From IMG/VR virus record IMGVR_UViG_3300012931_000759, positions 62,001-126,000 of that record: a DNA stretch of 64,000 nt; one strand, given 5' to 3'. The position numbers and the translations under genes are program-made. The first letter of the stretch is position 1. Every line of letters begins with the position of its first letter. The notes beneath the pieces are model-generated. The model was not told where the DNA came from. It worked only from the letters and a program-made list of their open reading frames with translations, and did not search any database. Shown in pieces: positions 44,313 to 58,883 of the stretch.

Positions 44313-45496
44313 AGAAGCTTTTTGTCAGCCTGTTTTCCGGAGCTGGGGGACTGGATCAGGGGTTTGTCGACGCTGGGTGGGAGCACGCCTTTATGGTGGA
44401 CAACTGGCAGCCAGCCATCGACACCCTGTCGGCCAACTGGCACGACGCGCCAGTGTATGGATGGGATCTGTCGGATCCTGCGGATTCGTTCCTCGGTTTC
44501 GCACTGGACAATGTGCACCGGATCCACAGGGACGCAGAGATCATGTGCGTCGTCGGCGGTCCGCCCTGCCAGCCGCTATCGCGCCTCAACAACAACCAGC
44601 TGTTCGATGGAAACCGCGAGACCGAACGCAATATGAATGATCCGCGCCGCAGCCTTTTTATGTCGTTTCTGCGCATCGTGCGCAGGATCTCGCCGCCGCT
44701 GGTGGTGATGGAGAATGTGGCTGATCTGAAAACCAGGAAACTTGGTGGGACAGGACCGGACCGGAACCGCCTGATTCTCGACGTCATCCTGGAGGAGTTC
44801 GACAAGACCGGATACGCCGTTATAGCAGATGTGCTGCGGGCGCAGAAATACAATGTGCCACAGATGCGTAGGCGTATCATCTTTGTCGGTGTGCGCAAGG
44901 ACATAGGCATCGCGCCATCACTGCCTATACCAACCGGATTGGCCACCTCGGTGGCCGCTGAGTTCGCCAGAATACGCCCCGAACATCCGAATCAGGACAT
45001 GAAGGCGCACACGGCGGTCTGGGTGGATAAGATCAGACACATCCCGCCTGGTGGGTACTACAATGACCTACCACTTGAGTACAAGGTGTTGAAGTCGGTC
45101 GATAAGGTTATGCTGTCACGCGCCGATCCCGTTGGCAAGACTGTATGGGTTTCCAATGGCTACTGTCTACGGACTACGGGTGGGAAACTCATGGACGGCG
45201 AAGTCTGCGCGAAGGCGATAGTTTCCGGGGCCACGTTCTACAAGGTCATGCCGCGTATGGGTACGTACCTAAGGCGCATCCGCGAGACCGTGTCGCACAC
45301 GGTCACGCGCAATCCGCTCATCCACCCGATCGAGAATAGGGAGATAACCGTCCGCGAGAAAGCGGCGGTTCAGACGTTTCCTCCGGAGTACTGTTTTGTC
45401 GGCACTATCCAAGATCAGCATATCTTGGTCGGGAACGCCGTTCCCTGTAATCTTGGTCGCGCAGTCGCGGAACACCTACAGAGGATGATGATGTAG
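44309..45496 (+). CDS. DNA cytosine-C5 methyltransferase
   Basis: LFSGAGG, GGPPCQ, ENV, QMRRR, VGNAVP. Confidence 0.92.
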   Translation: MKKLFVSLFSGAGGLDQGFVDAGWEHAFMVDNWQPAIDTLSANWHDAPVYGWDLSDPADSFLGFALDNVHRIHRDAEIMCVVGGPPCQPLSRLNNNQLFDGNRETERNMNDPRRSLFMSFLRIVRRISPPLVVMENVADLKTRKLGGTGPDRNRLILDVILEEFDKTGYAVIADVLRAQKYNVPQMRRRIIFVGVRKDIGIAPSLPIPTGLATSVAAEFARIRPEHPNQDMKAHTAVWVDKIRHIPPGGYYNDLPLEYKVLKSVDKVMLSRADPVGKTVWVSNGYCLRTTGGKLMDGEVCAKAIVSGATFYKVMPRMGTYLRRIRETVSHTVTRNPLIHPIENREITVREKAAVQTFPPEYCFVGTIQDQHILVGNAVPCNLGRAVAEHLQRMMM

Positions 45497-45639
45497 GTCA
45501 TCCAGAAAGGTGTCTTGAATGTATGAATCTTCAAATCTTCTGGTGCCATTGAGCAACATTGTTGATGATCTTATTGGTGGGCGATGCTACCACTCGTGCC
45601 CACACATTGGTGGCCTTCGAATTTCCGGAGCCACGAAAA

Positions 45640-46080
45640 CTGTGAAGACCTTGTACAATGCGATTTGGGACCTCTGGTATCCCAAGAACCTGGCAGTTCT
45701 GGCGCTGCCCAGCAACAAGATGAATCCGAACCTTGTGGTCCCCAATCACGAGTATTTCGAAAGCACATACTCGCCTCACTACATGTTACGAAACATAGTA
45801 CGTGGATGGTTTGAGTCTTCGTTCACCATCCAGGTTGGGACAAGGTATGCGCCAATCCATCTGTAGGCTAACAAGATTGTCTGGACTGCCGAGGATAAGT
45901 TCGAGTTCGATGCGGCAAGCGAAAAGCCGTACAGGCGGCTTTCGGTCCGAGAGTGCGCCCGGATCCAGACTTTCCCCCGATGAGTTTTGGTTCATCTACG
46001 CGAATGTCGGCAACGGCAACGCCGTCCTCGTCAAGTTCGCCGAAGCCCTAGCAAGGAAGATTAACGTTGATTTTGAGTAG
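45640..46080 (+). pseudogene. C-terminal remnant of an M.HaeIII-like C5 methyltransferase
   Basis: AIWDL..PNHEYF..YMLRN.VR.W.E.SFTIQ..APIHL* then YRRLSVRECARIQTFP (frameshift) DEF..GNAV. Confidence 0.8.
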
Positions 46081-46083
46081 GAC

Positions 46084-47142
46084 ATGAGTAGAAAAGCAAC
46101 CATCAGCGAGTTCGTACATAGAGCTGCTGCCATACACGGTTCGACATACGATTATAATTTGGTTGAATATGTAAACAATAAGATCAAGGTGACAATTATC
46201 TGTCCACAGCATGGAAAATTTGCCCAGACGCCGAACGACCATCTAAATGGTCACGGATGCCCTGCCTGTAAGGATCGTAGCCAAAAACGATTAGGGATTG
46301 TTCTGTCTAACACTTGTTCAAAATGTGGCGGTTCCCCTCTAGTAGTGCGCGAACCGCCCATTTGTGGGAAGTGCTATGTACGCCCAACTGGCATCTGCTT
46401 GATTTGTGGGGAGACCGGGCGCGTCGAAAAACGCCTAGAAGATAGCACAATCATATGTAGTAAATGCTATAAAGTTCCGTCGGAACTATGCTCTGGTTGC
46501 GGCAAAATCGTACCAGTTTTTAAACGCGAAACGGATGGACGGGCAGTTTGTGTTCTATGCTATCAAAAAAACTATTCTATACCTGAAACTGTGTGCGCTT
46601 TGTGCGGTGAAACAAAACCAGCATACCAGCGAAGGTCTGACGGATCCGCAATCTGTCGGCTGTGTTACAATAGGAATTATCAGTTGCCTGTAGAGGAATG
46701 CTCTAGGTGCCATAAACAGAAAAAGGTGTTCAAAAGGCTCGTATCGGAGTTGCCGCTTTGTAAAATGTGTGTATATGTAGTAAGATGCCAAAACGACGAG
46801 GGCTTCCGTGTTCGTGAGTTGATACGAAAACGTATTTCCAGCGCGTTCCGCAAATATTCAACAATAGGTAAGATTCAACCTTCTAGGAAATACGGTATAG
46901 ATTATCAGGCGATTTTTACACATATCGGTCCTTGTCCAGGAGATAGGGGCGCATTTCATATTGATCATATCATACCTTTGGTGCTTTTTGATTTTGATGA
47001 TCCTAGACAAGTGGCAGCAGCTTTCGCTCCAGAGAACCACCAATGGTTGCTAGTCGATGACAATTTGTCCAAGAACGCCAAATGCGACCCGCAAAAAGCA
47101 TCGGACTATTTTGAATCGCACGGCATCCACAGAAAAAGGTGA
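46084..47142 (+). CDS. multi-Zn-finger HNH endonuclease
   Basis: IICPQHG..HLNGHGCP, tandem CxxCG..CxxCY repeats, HIDHIIP..ENHQWL..NLSK. Confidence 0.85.
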   Translation: MSRKATISEFVHRAAAIHGSTYDYNLVEYVNNKIKVTIICPQHGKFAQTPNDHLNGHGCPACKDRSQKRLGIVLSNTCSKCGGSPLVVREPPICGKCYVRPTGICLICGETGRVEKRLEDSTIICSKCYKVPSELCSGCGKIVPVFKRETDGRAVCVLCYQKNYSIPETVCALCGETKPAYQRRSDGSAICRLCYNRNYQLPVEECSRCHKQKKVFKRLVSELPLCKMCVYVVRCQNDEGFRVRELIRKRISSAFRKYSTIGKIQPSRKYGIDYQAIFTHIGPCPGDRGAFHIDHIIPLVLFDFDDPRQVAAAFAPENHQWLLVDDNLSKNAKCDPQKASDYFESHGIHRKR

Positions 47143-51243
<4,101 letters not shown>

Positions 51244-51252
51244 GGAGGAGTC

Positions 51253-52935
51253 ATGGCCTCGGCCGCCATAGTCATCAGCCAATCAGGGAAGCCGCAGGCC
51301 ATTCCCGGTATGAGTAGGAGTGATCTGTCTGCCAACACTGTAGTGATGTTGACCAACCATGACAACACCGATGTCGGGTCGTGGACTTGGGAGCTCAAGT
51401 CGCCCAAGGGATCGAAAACGATTCTTCAAGGTGCCATCAATCCCGTCGCTACGTTCAAACCGGACATTCCGGGATCGTATATGGTCAAGCTATCCGTGGG
51501 GACGCCTGATGGTGCGCTCACGGACACTAGGATTGCGGCAGTAGGCACACCGGCCCTAGGGCTCAGAAAACCAGCCGCCGGGGAGAAGGGCGAGTTCGAC
51601 AATGCTCTAGGACCGTGGTCTGCGGTTCACGAGGCCTTCGACCGTATTGACGCGGTCTTGGGCTGCGGTTTGCGGAACGATGGTTCGAACGCTCCGGTTG
51701 CGGATATTCCTTGGGGCGGGCACAGGATCACGGATCTCGGCGGTATCGAAGTCGAGGGTGCTCTGCGGCTTGGTCGGACGGAGGATCCTGAGCCCATCGA
51801 TGGCAAGGCTTTCCTGTACCTTAAGGAAGTGCGCGGCAGCCTGGATCTATTCTACTGCTCTCCGGACGGTTCCACCGTCAGGATCACGAGGGATGGGCGA
51901 CTGAATGTTCCGGCCTCGTTCGACGATAGGATTAAGCTCTATCCGGACGACAGCAAACCGGGCTACTTGCTGTCCAAGGTCTCTGTTGGGATCGGTTTGA
52001 AGACTACGGAGATCAACGGGGCACTGTGGGTCGAGCCCGTCTGTGGCTCGGAACATGGCACTTTGTGTGCTGGAGACGACCCGCGTCTGGACAGAGAGAT
52101 CGTTGTTCCTGTCGCCCCAGCTCCGGTGGGAGTTGCCCAACCGGCTCCAAACTCCCTTCCGCTGTCCGACGTCTCCGGGACGTTGGATTCGTGGGTATCC
52201 AAGGCTGCGGACCGTAAGCCGGGTTTGATTGCGCTTGCCGGTGATCTATCGGGTTCGGCCGACGCCCCAAAGGTTGTCGGACTACATGGGAAACCAGTCC
52301 CACAGGCCGATGGTTTCTTACGATGGGGGGAGAGTGGTTCTAGGATCGAGATTGTGCCGTACGGAGCATCAGGCCAGTCGGTGTGCCGTGGCGACGACCC
52401 GCGCTTGTCGGACAGTCGGCCGCCGTGCGGAGAGGCTGGCGGGCAGGTGTCTGGTCCATTCTCAGAACTCCGCGTGTCTGGCGTCACGGAGGGCGGTGGC
52501 GTTTCCCTATCCATGGGGGAGATTCCCGATGGATGTGCGCTCGTGCGCCGTGGCGATGCCATTGTTGGCGTCGATCCCTCAGAGCGTCGGGCGATCGCCA
52601 TGGCTATCAATGAGGTGGCCGAATCCGAAAACAGCGAGACGGTTGGGTGTTTTATGCTGGATGGCAGCCAGGACGCCTCGCCGATGGTATTCCAGGGGAT
52701 TTGCCGCGTGACCCGGTCTGGACTTGTTGGGTTTGTGTCTCTGTACAATGCGACCAACGACAAGCCGGTGGTCGAGATCAGAGTTGGTGAGACTGCGTTT
52801 GCGGTGAAAAAGACTAACGCTTTCAAACCGTTGCCGGGAAAACGGCTCTACGAGGTGCGGATTAGGCTGGATGGAAAGTCGCTTCAGGTCGGCGACAAGC
52901 TGGTGTGTATGTGGGCGGGGCTGCTGACGGACTAG
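51253..52935 (+). CDS. putative virion/tail-fibre-like structural protein
   Basis: PKD-like N-terminus (W.WE..ATFKPD.PGSY.V.L.V), GDDPRLSD repeats, ends VCMWAGL; paralog of the 54694 gene. Confidence 0.65.
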   Translation: MASAAIVISQSGKPQAIPGMSRSDLSANTVVMLTNHDNTDVGSWTWELKSPKGSKTILQGAINPVATFKPDIPGSYMVKLSVGTPDGALTDTRIAAVGTPALGLRKPAAGEKGEFDNALGPWSAVHEAFDRIDAVLGCGLRNDGSNAPVADIPWGGHRITDLGGIEVEGALRLGRTEDPEPIDGKAFLYLKEVRGSLDLFYCSPDGSTVRITRDGRLNVPASFDDRIKLYPDDSKPGYLLSKVSVGIGLKTTEINGALWVEPVCGSEHGTLCAGDDPRLDREIVVPVAPAPVGVAQPAPNSLPLSDVSGTLDSWVSKAADRKPGLIALAGDLSGSADAPKVVGLHGKPVPQADGFLRWGESGSRIEIVPYGASGQSVCRGDDPRLSDSRPPCGEAGGQVSGPFSELRVSGVTEGGGVSLSMGEIPDGCALVRRGDAIVGVDPSERRAIAMAINEVAESENSETVGCFMLDGSQDASPMVFQGICRVTRSGLVGFVSLYNATNDKPVVEIRVGETAFAVKKTNAFKPLPGKRLYEVRIRLDGKSLQVGDKLVCMWAGLLTD

Positions 52936-52957
52936 AACTTGTAGTCCGTTGTGGTTT
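52927..52957 (+). terminator. possible intrinsic terminator
   Basis: ACGGACTA-gaacttg-TAGTCCGT followed by TGTGGTTT at the gene end. Confidence 0.4.
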
Positions 52958-53059
52958 GGAAGCCGATTCTATCAATAATATGGCACAAATATATGGAGAA
53001 TCAGTTGATCTATCCAGCCTGTAGGCAGGTCTGGGACGGCGATAGTAAGTATCAAATCT

Positions 53060-53388
53060 CAAAGATATCCAAGGAAATCGGAAGCGGTCTGAACGACAGC
53101 AGACCGAAGCTGGAAACGCTTCTCCTCGATGCCGAGATTGGAACGATCGTCGTCGAGCACAAGGACAGGCTAGCCCGCTTCGGCTTCAACTACATCCAGA
53201 AGATGCTCGAACGAAACGGAAGATCGATCGAAGTCGTGAACGAGGCGGAGAACGAGGAAGTCGACCTCATGTCCGATTTCGTCGCCATCATAACGAGTTT
53301 CACTGTAAGGCTCTACGGTCAGCGGAGAAGTCGGCGGAAGACCGAGAAGATCATCGAGGAACTGAAGCGGGAAGACAAGGACAACTGA
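53060..53388 (+). pseudogene. tnpA: IS607 TnpA serine recombinase, 5'-truncated
   Basis: EIGSGLND.R.KL, VEHKDRLARFGF, LYGQRRS; MerR HTH and catalytic YARVS absent. Confidence 0.85.
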
Positions 53389-54608
53389 TGTTCCGCTCCA
53401 CAAGGACGACGCTGAAATTCGCGAATGTGGGAAAGCGGGAAGCCATCAAAGGCTTCATCGCAGAGTACCGCTCCGTCGTCTCGAAGTTCATCAAGATCCT
53501 CTGGGGACAGGACAAGATTCCTTCGCTTCTCCCAAAGGACACCACATCGCAAATCAAAACTTGGCTCTCGGCGAGAGCCGTCCAATGCGCAGGCAAGCAG
53601 GCTTCGGGAATCGTCAGGGGAACGAGACGCAAGCAGGAGAAGCGTCTTTTCATCCTAGACAGATTGAAAACGCAAGGAAACCGCAAGCAGGCAAGGAGAC
53701 TTCAAGCCATAATCGACAGGTTGGAAGCCTCCAAGCCAAACATCTCCCGCATCGAACCAGAACTCGACGAGAGGTTCGTCAAGCAGGACTGGGACAATCT
53801 GACATTCTTCGACGGAGTCGTGACTTTATCTTCGCTAGGCAACAGGTTGAATATCTCGATTCCCGTGAAGAGGACGAAGCATTTCAACAGGATGTTGGAA
53901 CGGGGAACGCTTGGCAAAGGAATCAGACTGTCTGAAGATTCGATCTCCTTTAACTTCAAAATCGAAGGAAACCCCAAGAAAGAAACCGGGGAGACCATTG
54001 GTCTCGACATTGGCGTCACGAATGTCTTCACGATGTCGAACGGAGTCACTTCGCAGAAGAACAAACATGGTCACGACCTCGCTTCGATCAACTTCATCCT
54101 GTCCAGGAAGACAAAAGGCTCCAAGGCGTTCAAAAGAACGCAGGAGCACAGGAAGAACTACATCAACTGGTCGCTGAACCAAGTGAACCTCGACGGGATC
54201 AAGACCCTTCGGGTCGAGGGCATCAAGCATCTTCGGTTTGGCAAGAGATCGTCGAGATACTTGAGCCACTTCACATACACCGAGATCTTCGGGAAAATAG
54301 GGTCGTTGGCTTTCGACAACGGTGTCCGCTTGGAAAAAGTCAATCCGACCTACACATCCCAAAGGTGTAGCAGGTGTGGCTGGGTGCGCAGCACGAATCG
54401 GAAGGGAAAGCAGTTCAGGTGTGTCAAGTGCGGTTTCGCATTGGATGCCGACTTGAATGCTTCCCTAAACATTTGTGCCGATCTTCGTCCCATTGGAACG
54501 AAAGAACGGCTGTTTCACAAGAACAGGAAAGGTTTCTGTTGGAGCGAAGCAGGGAAGGAACCTATAGTTCCTTCTGCCCAAAAACCTGATGGCAATAAAC
54601 TGCCATAA
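53388..54608 (+). CDS. tnpB: TnpB RNA-guided endonuclease
   Basis: RuvC GLDIG / VEG / DADLNA and TSQRCSRCG..CVKCG Zn finger. Confidence 0.92.
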   Translation: MFRSTRTTLKFANVGKREAIKGFIAEYRSVVSKFIKILWGQDKIPSLLPKDTTSQIKTWLSARAVQCAGKQASGIVRGTRRKQEKRLFILDRLKTQGNRKQARRLQAIIDRLEASKPNISRIEPELDERFVKQDWDNLTFFDGVVTLSSLGNRLNISIPVKRTKHFNRMLERGTLGKGIRLSEDSISFNFKIEGNPKKETGETIGLDIGVTNVFTMSNGVTSQKNKHGHDLASINFILSRKTKGSKAFKRTQEHRKNYINWSLNQVNLDGIKTLRVEGIKHLRFGKRSSRYLSHFTYTEIFGKIGSLAFDNGVRLEKVNPTYTSQRCSRCGWVRSTNRKGKQFRCVKCGFALDADLNASLNICADLRPIGTKERLFHKNRKGFCWSEAGKEPIVPSAQKPDGNKLP

Positions 54609-54693
54609 AAAACAGGAACTATATTGGCCGCATGTCTTGGGATTCCACATAGATAGAATGTAAGGCAGACTAGACTTGGAGGTCCGCCGTCAC

Positions 54694-57600
54694 ATGGTCC
54701 TGGCCGCCATCGTTATCAATCAAGCTGGCAAGCCCCCAGGCCTGCCCAGCCAAAGCAGGGATGATCTGAACCTGGGGACATCCGTGTCCCTGACGAACAA
54801 TGACAATACGGGCATTGTCTCCTGGCTCTGGGAGTTTGTGTCTGTGCCGGTTGGATCGTCGGCCGTGATATCTGGGTTGGCGCTGCCCTCTGCGTCATTT
54901 GTGCCGGACGTGCGCGGATCCTATTTGATCCGGCTGACCGTGGACGGATCGCCGAGCAATCCGGCGATGGACACTAGGATCGCAGCTGTCAGGACCGCTT
55001 TCCTCGGTATACGTAAACCAGCAACATCCGAGCAGTTACAGTTTGACCCGGTGGACGGCTGGTCGGCCGCGCAGCAGGCGATGATCGACGCAATAGATAC
55101 CGACGCCGCGCTCAGCCTGAAGAGGACGGGGGCCAACTCCCCGACGGCAGACATCAACTGGGGCGGATACAGGATCACCGCTCTTGGAGGTTTACAGGAC
55201 GAGGGCTCCCTGAGGCTGGGTGAGACGGTCGACCCATCAACCATATCCGACAAGGGTTTTGTCTACGCCAAGGATGACAGCGGGGACACCGAGCTCTTCT
55301 ACATGGATGACGGCGGAGCAGTCGTTCAGATCACAAAGGACGGGCAGCTCGACGTCCTTAGTTTACAGGGCGACACCCTTCCTACCAAGGCGGCCGACGG
55401 GTTTCTGAAACGAAATGCGGCGAATTCCGCGTGGGAGGAGGTACCGTACGGTACTACATCCAACACAGTATGCCAAGGCGATGACAGTCGCCTGTCGGAT
55501 TCCAGACCGCCAACAGGAACTGCTAGCGGACAACTGGGTGGTACTTATCCTGGGCCAGACGTTCGTGGTTTGAGGGAAATTTCAGGGCCTACGCTACTAA
55601 CACTAGGGGCCATCTCGGATGGGCAGGCACTCGTTCGGAATGGTTCGACGATTGTCGGAGCTCCGCTGAGCACGGGCGGAATGGTCAAGATCCGCGTGGA
55701 CGATGTGGCTGACGGCTACCTACATGACAAGCTGCTTACCGGCCAAGGACTCAGTTTTGCCATCGGGAATCCCGGTGGGAATGAGACGTTAACTATTGAT
55801 GCATACGGTGAGACTAAGGTCAGCTCGGCCGATACGACTTTAGGATACCTGTTCGACAAGCTTCAGCCAGGTGTGGGCATCAACTTGTCGAAGCAGAATC
55901 CAGGTGGTAATGAGACTATCCTTGTCTCGAGTACTGCCAGCGGCACTGGCGGCTTGGTTAAAGTTCGGGTTGACGATGCGACCGACGGATATTTGTATGA
56001 GAAGTTGCTTACCGGTCCCGGCCTGAAATTTGCCATCGGGAACCCTGGCGGTAGCGAGACGCTGACTATCGATGCCTATGGTGAGGCCAAGGTTAGTTCG
56101 GATGACACGACATTCGGGTACCTGTCCGACAAAATTGTAGCCGGGGCAAACATAACACTGAATGTGTTGAGTCCCGGTAGCAACGAGACCATACAAATTG
56201 TGGGATCGCCAAGCAACACGCTAGGCCAATCCTACAACCAAGGCGGCCCAGGCGCCGGAAGGGTTATTTTGGTCGACGCTGGCCAGGTCGAGATGAACGC
56301 AGCTGGCGGCAGCGCTTTGAAGCTGGATGGTTATCTTGGGTTTACCGAGATTGCGATTCCCACTTCAGTGGCCAACCGAGGCTTCGTATATGTCGTGGAT
56401 GACTTGGGTACGGCCGAGCTGTGCTACCGGGACGACCAGAATCGCACGATCCAAATCACGAAGTCGGGTATGATCGACGCCTCCTTTGTGAACGCCGACA
56501 GCTATCAGGCCAAGGTCAGTTCGGTCGACACAACTTTTGGATACTTGTTCAACAAACTACAGCCAGGGGCGGGGATCTCATTGGCGAAGCAGAGTCCCGG
56601 CGGTAACGAGACTATCCTGATTTCGTCCACGGCCAGTGGTACTGGCGGAAAAGTCAAAGTTAGAGTGGACGACTTGTCGGATGGCTACTTACACGGGAAG
56701 CTCCTGACCGGTCCTGGCCTGAAGTTTGCCATCGGGAACCCCGGAGGCAACGAAACGCTCACCATCGACGCTTACGGCGAAACAAAGGTGAGTTCGGACG
56801 ACACAACGTTCGGGTACCTGTCTGACAAGATTGTAGCCGGGGCAAACATAACGCTAAATGTGCTGAGTTCCGGTAGCAACGAGACCCTCCAGGTCGTGGG
56901 CTTGCCAAGCAACACACTCGGCCAATCCTACAATCAGGGCGGCCCAGGTGCTGGGCGCGTAATCATGGTTGATGCCGGAGCAGTCGAGATGGATGCCGCT
57001 GGTGGCGATGCCCTGAATTTGGATGGCTATCTCAGTTTCGCAGAGATCCCGACACCGGTGTCGGTAGCAAGCCATGGTTTTGTGTATGTTACGAACGCCG
57101 AGGGCGTGGCCGAGTTGTGCTATCGGGACGATGACAGCCGCACGGTTCAGATTACGAAATCTGGGATGATCAACTCCTCCTTCGTGAATGCTGACAGTTA
57201 CCAGGCAAAAGTCAGTGCGACTGACACAACCCCAGGCTACCTACAGACAAAGATCTCGGCGGGTGCGCATCTCCTGGCCACCAAGTTAAACTCAGGCAGC
57301 AACGAGTTGCTCAACCTAGCGGTTGATGTAACGAATATCGACGGGTACAAGACTAAAGTAAGCGCGACTGACACCACGACGGACTATCTGTTCAATAAAC
57401 TTCAAGCCGGAAGCGGCATAGGACTTGTGAAACAGAATGGCGGCGGTAACGAGAATATTCTTATCTCGTCGACAGCTACAGGTACCGGTGGCAAGGTTAA
57501 GGTCCGAGTGGATGACGTGGCTGATGGATATCTCCACGCTAAGTTATTGACTGGCCTAGGATTGACGTTCGCCATCGGAAACCCAGGTGGCAACGAAACG

Positions 57601-58830
57601 CTCACCATCGACGCTTACGGCGAAGCAAAGGTGAGTTCTGGCGACACGACGTTCGGATACCTACAGGACAAGGTTTCTGCCGGGTCACACATTACGGCCA
57701 CCAAATTGAACTCTGGTGGGAATGAATTGCTTCAATTGGCTGTCAATGTAGCGGGTTTTGACGGCTATAATATGAAGGTAAGTGGAACTGATACTACACC
57801 TGCCTTCTTACAAAATAAGATCTCGGCAGGTGCGCACATTGTCGCCACAAAGTTAAACTCTGGCAGCAACGAGTTGCTCAGCCTGGCGGTCGATGTTACG
57901 AACATTGATGGGTACAAGACCAAGATCAGCGCCACTGACACGACGACTGACTATCTACAGGCGAAATTGGCTGCTGGTAACAACATTGTCCTGACCAAAA
58001 ATAACCCTGGTGGGAACGAGACACTTACGATCGCCACTGCCCAGATCCTGAAGCTTGACGAGCAGGTCGCCGATCCCGTACAGTTCCCGAACGATGGCTA
58101 TTTGTACACCAAGGATGACACCGGAAACACTGAACTATTCTATAGGGATAGCTACGGTAACATCATACAGATCTCCAAGGTTGGCAGGCTAGACCTTCCG
58201 GATGGCTATATTAGCTTCAGGTACGACGAGATGCCGCCTTCCTCGACGACGGGGAGTGAGACCGCCATGACGCTGGCGGCCGTACCGGTCGAGGTACACG
58301 CACTTCATGTTTTCCGGAATGGCGCCCTGATGCGTCCGGTTAATGTACTTGGTCCGAGCAGGCAGGAGTATACTCTGTCTGGGGACCAGGTGTTGTTCCA
58401 GTCGACAGGCAGTCCAGGAGACTGGTACTCTGCCATGTACATCGACGGATACATGCTAGTCGGGGCCGGAGGTAGCGTCAGACAGAACGTCGCCATGGCG
58501 AACAACCAGAGCACGGACTCGTCCTCCGATATCGTAGTTGGCACGTTTCCGATCGCCGCCGGAGACTACCCATCCAGGACCACCAAGTTCCTGGCCACGG
58601 CCTTCGTGACCGGCGCTGGCTTGACCGGATACGTGAAGCTGTACAATCTTACCGACAACGTGCTGGTGAGTTCGTTCACGTTTACCGGGGTGGCGACAGC
58701 CAAGCAGATCTCGTCAGCTCTGAACCTGCCGGTTGCGGAGAAGATATATGAGATCAGGATCAGCGTGACTGGGGGCACGGGTCCCAGCGATCGCGTTGTG
58801 TGTATGTGGGCCGGACTACAGATCGGCTGA
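54694..58830 (+). CDS. large repeat-rich tail-fibre-like structural protein
   Basis: GGAGG RBS; PKD-like N-terminus; many KV..DGYL..KL..G..NPGGNETLTI repeats; ends VCMWAGL. Confidence 0.75.
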   Translation: MVLAAIVINQAGKPPGLPSQSRDDLNLGTSVSLTNNDNTGIVSWLWEFVSVPVGSSAVISGLALPSASFVPDVRGSYLIRLTVDGSPSNPAMDTRIAAVRTAFLGIRKPATSEQLQFDPVDGWSAAQQAMIDAIDTDAALSLKRTGANSPTADINWGGYRITALGGLQDEGSLRLGETVDPSTISDKGFVYAKDDSGDTELFYMDDGGAVVQITKDGQLDVLSLQGDTLPTKAADGFLKRNAANSAWEEVPYGTTSNTVCQGDDSRLSDSRPPTGTASGQLGGTYPGPDVRGLREISGPTLLTLGAISDGQALVRNGSTIVGAPLSTGGMVKIRVDDVADGYLHDKLLTGQGLSFAIGNPGGNETLTIDAYGETKVSSADTTLGYLFDKLQPGVGINLSKQNPGGNETILVSSTASGTGGLVKVRVDDATDGYLYEKLLTGPGLKFAIGNPGGSETLTIDAYGEAKVSSDDTTFGYLSDKIVAGANITLNVLSPGSNETIQIVGSPSNTLGQSYNQGGPGAGRVILVDAGQVEMNAAGGSALKLDGYLGFTEIAIPTSVANRGFVYVVDDLGTAELCYRDDQNRTIQITKSGMIDASFVNADSYQAKVSSVDTTFGYLFNKLQPGAGISLAKQSPGGNETILISSTASGTGGKVKVRVDDLSDGYLHGKLLTGPGLKFAIGNPGGNETLTIDAYGETKVSSDDTTFGYLSDKIVAGANITLNVLSSGSNETLQVVGLPSNTLGQSYNQGGPGAGRVIMVDAGAVEMDAAGGDALNLDGYLSFAEIPTPVSVASHGFVYVTNAEGVAELCYRDDDSRTVQITKSGMINSSFVNADSYQAKVSATDTTPGYLQTKISAGAHLLATKLNSGSNELLNLAVDVTNIDGYKTKVSATDTTTDYLFNKLQAGSGIGLVKQNGGGNENILISSTATGTGGKVKVRVDDVADGYLHAKLLTGLGLTFAIGNPGGNETLTIDAYGEAKVSSGDTTFGYLQDKVSAGSHITATKLNSGGNELLQLAVNVAGFDGYNMKVSGTDTTPAFLQNKISAGAHIVATKLNSGSNELLSLAVDVTNIDGYKTKISATDTTTDYLQAKLAAGNNIVLTKNNPGGNETLTIATAQILKLDEQVADPVQFPNDGYLYTKDDTGNTELFYRDSYGNIIQISKVGRLDLPDGYISFRYDEMPPSSTTGSETAMTLAAVPVEVHALHVFRNGALMRPVNVLGPSRQEYTLSGDQVLFQSTGSPGDWYSAMYIDGYMLVGAGGSVRQNVAMANNQSTDSSSDIVVGTFPIAAGDYPSRTTKFLATAFVTGAGLTGYVKLYNLTDNVLVSSFTFTGVATAKQISSALNLPVAEKIYEIRISVTGGTGPSDRVVCMWAGLQIG
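55681..58040 (+). repeat. intragenic tandem repeats of ~40-45 aa
   Basis: alternating KVRVDDxxDGYLxxKLLTG and KVSxxDTTxGYLxxK units; near-identical long blocks at ~55950-56500 and ~56640-57200. Confidence 0.85.
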
Positions 58831-58883
58831 TTCGTTAGAGTGGGTCCGCAAGCGGAAGATATCCCATTTGGAGGTTCCACAAG

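Larger units (their letters stand above)
52960..54616 (+). mobile_element. IS607-family element (truncated tnpA plus tnpB); ends approximate
   Basis: serine-recombinase core followed by coupled TnpB, inserted between paralogous structural genes. Confidence 0.85.

Noticed and set aside
55681-58040. CRISPR array or DGR template/variable repeats
   Set aside because: Repeats are in-frame protein repeats with mostly synonymous divergence; no spacers, no adenine-specific pattern noticed, no reverse transcriptase
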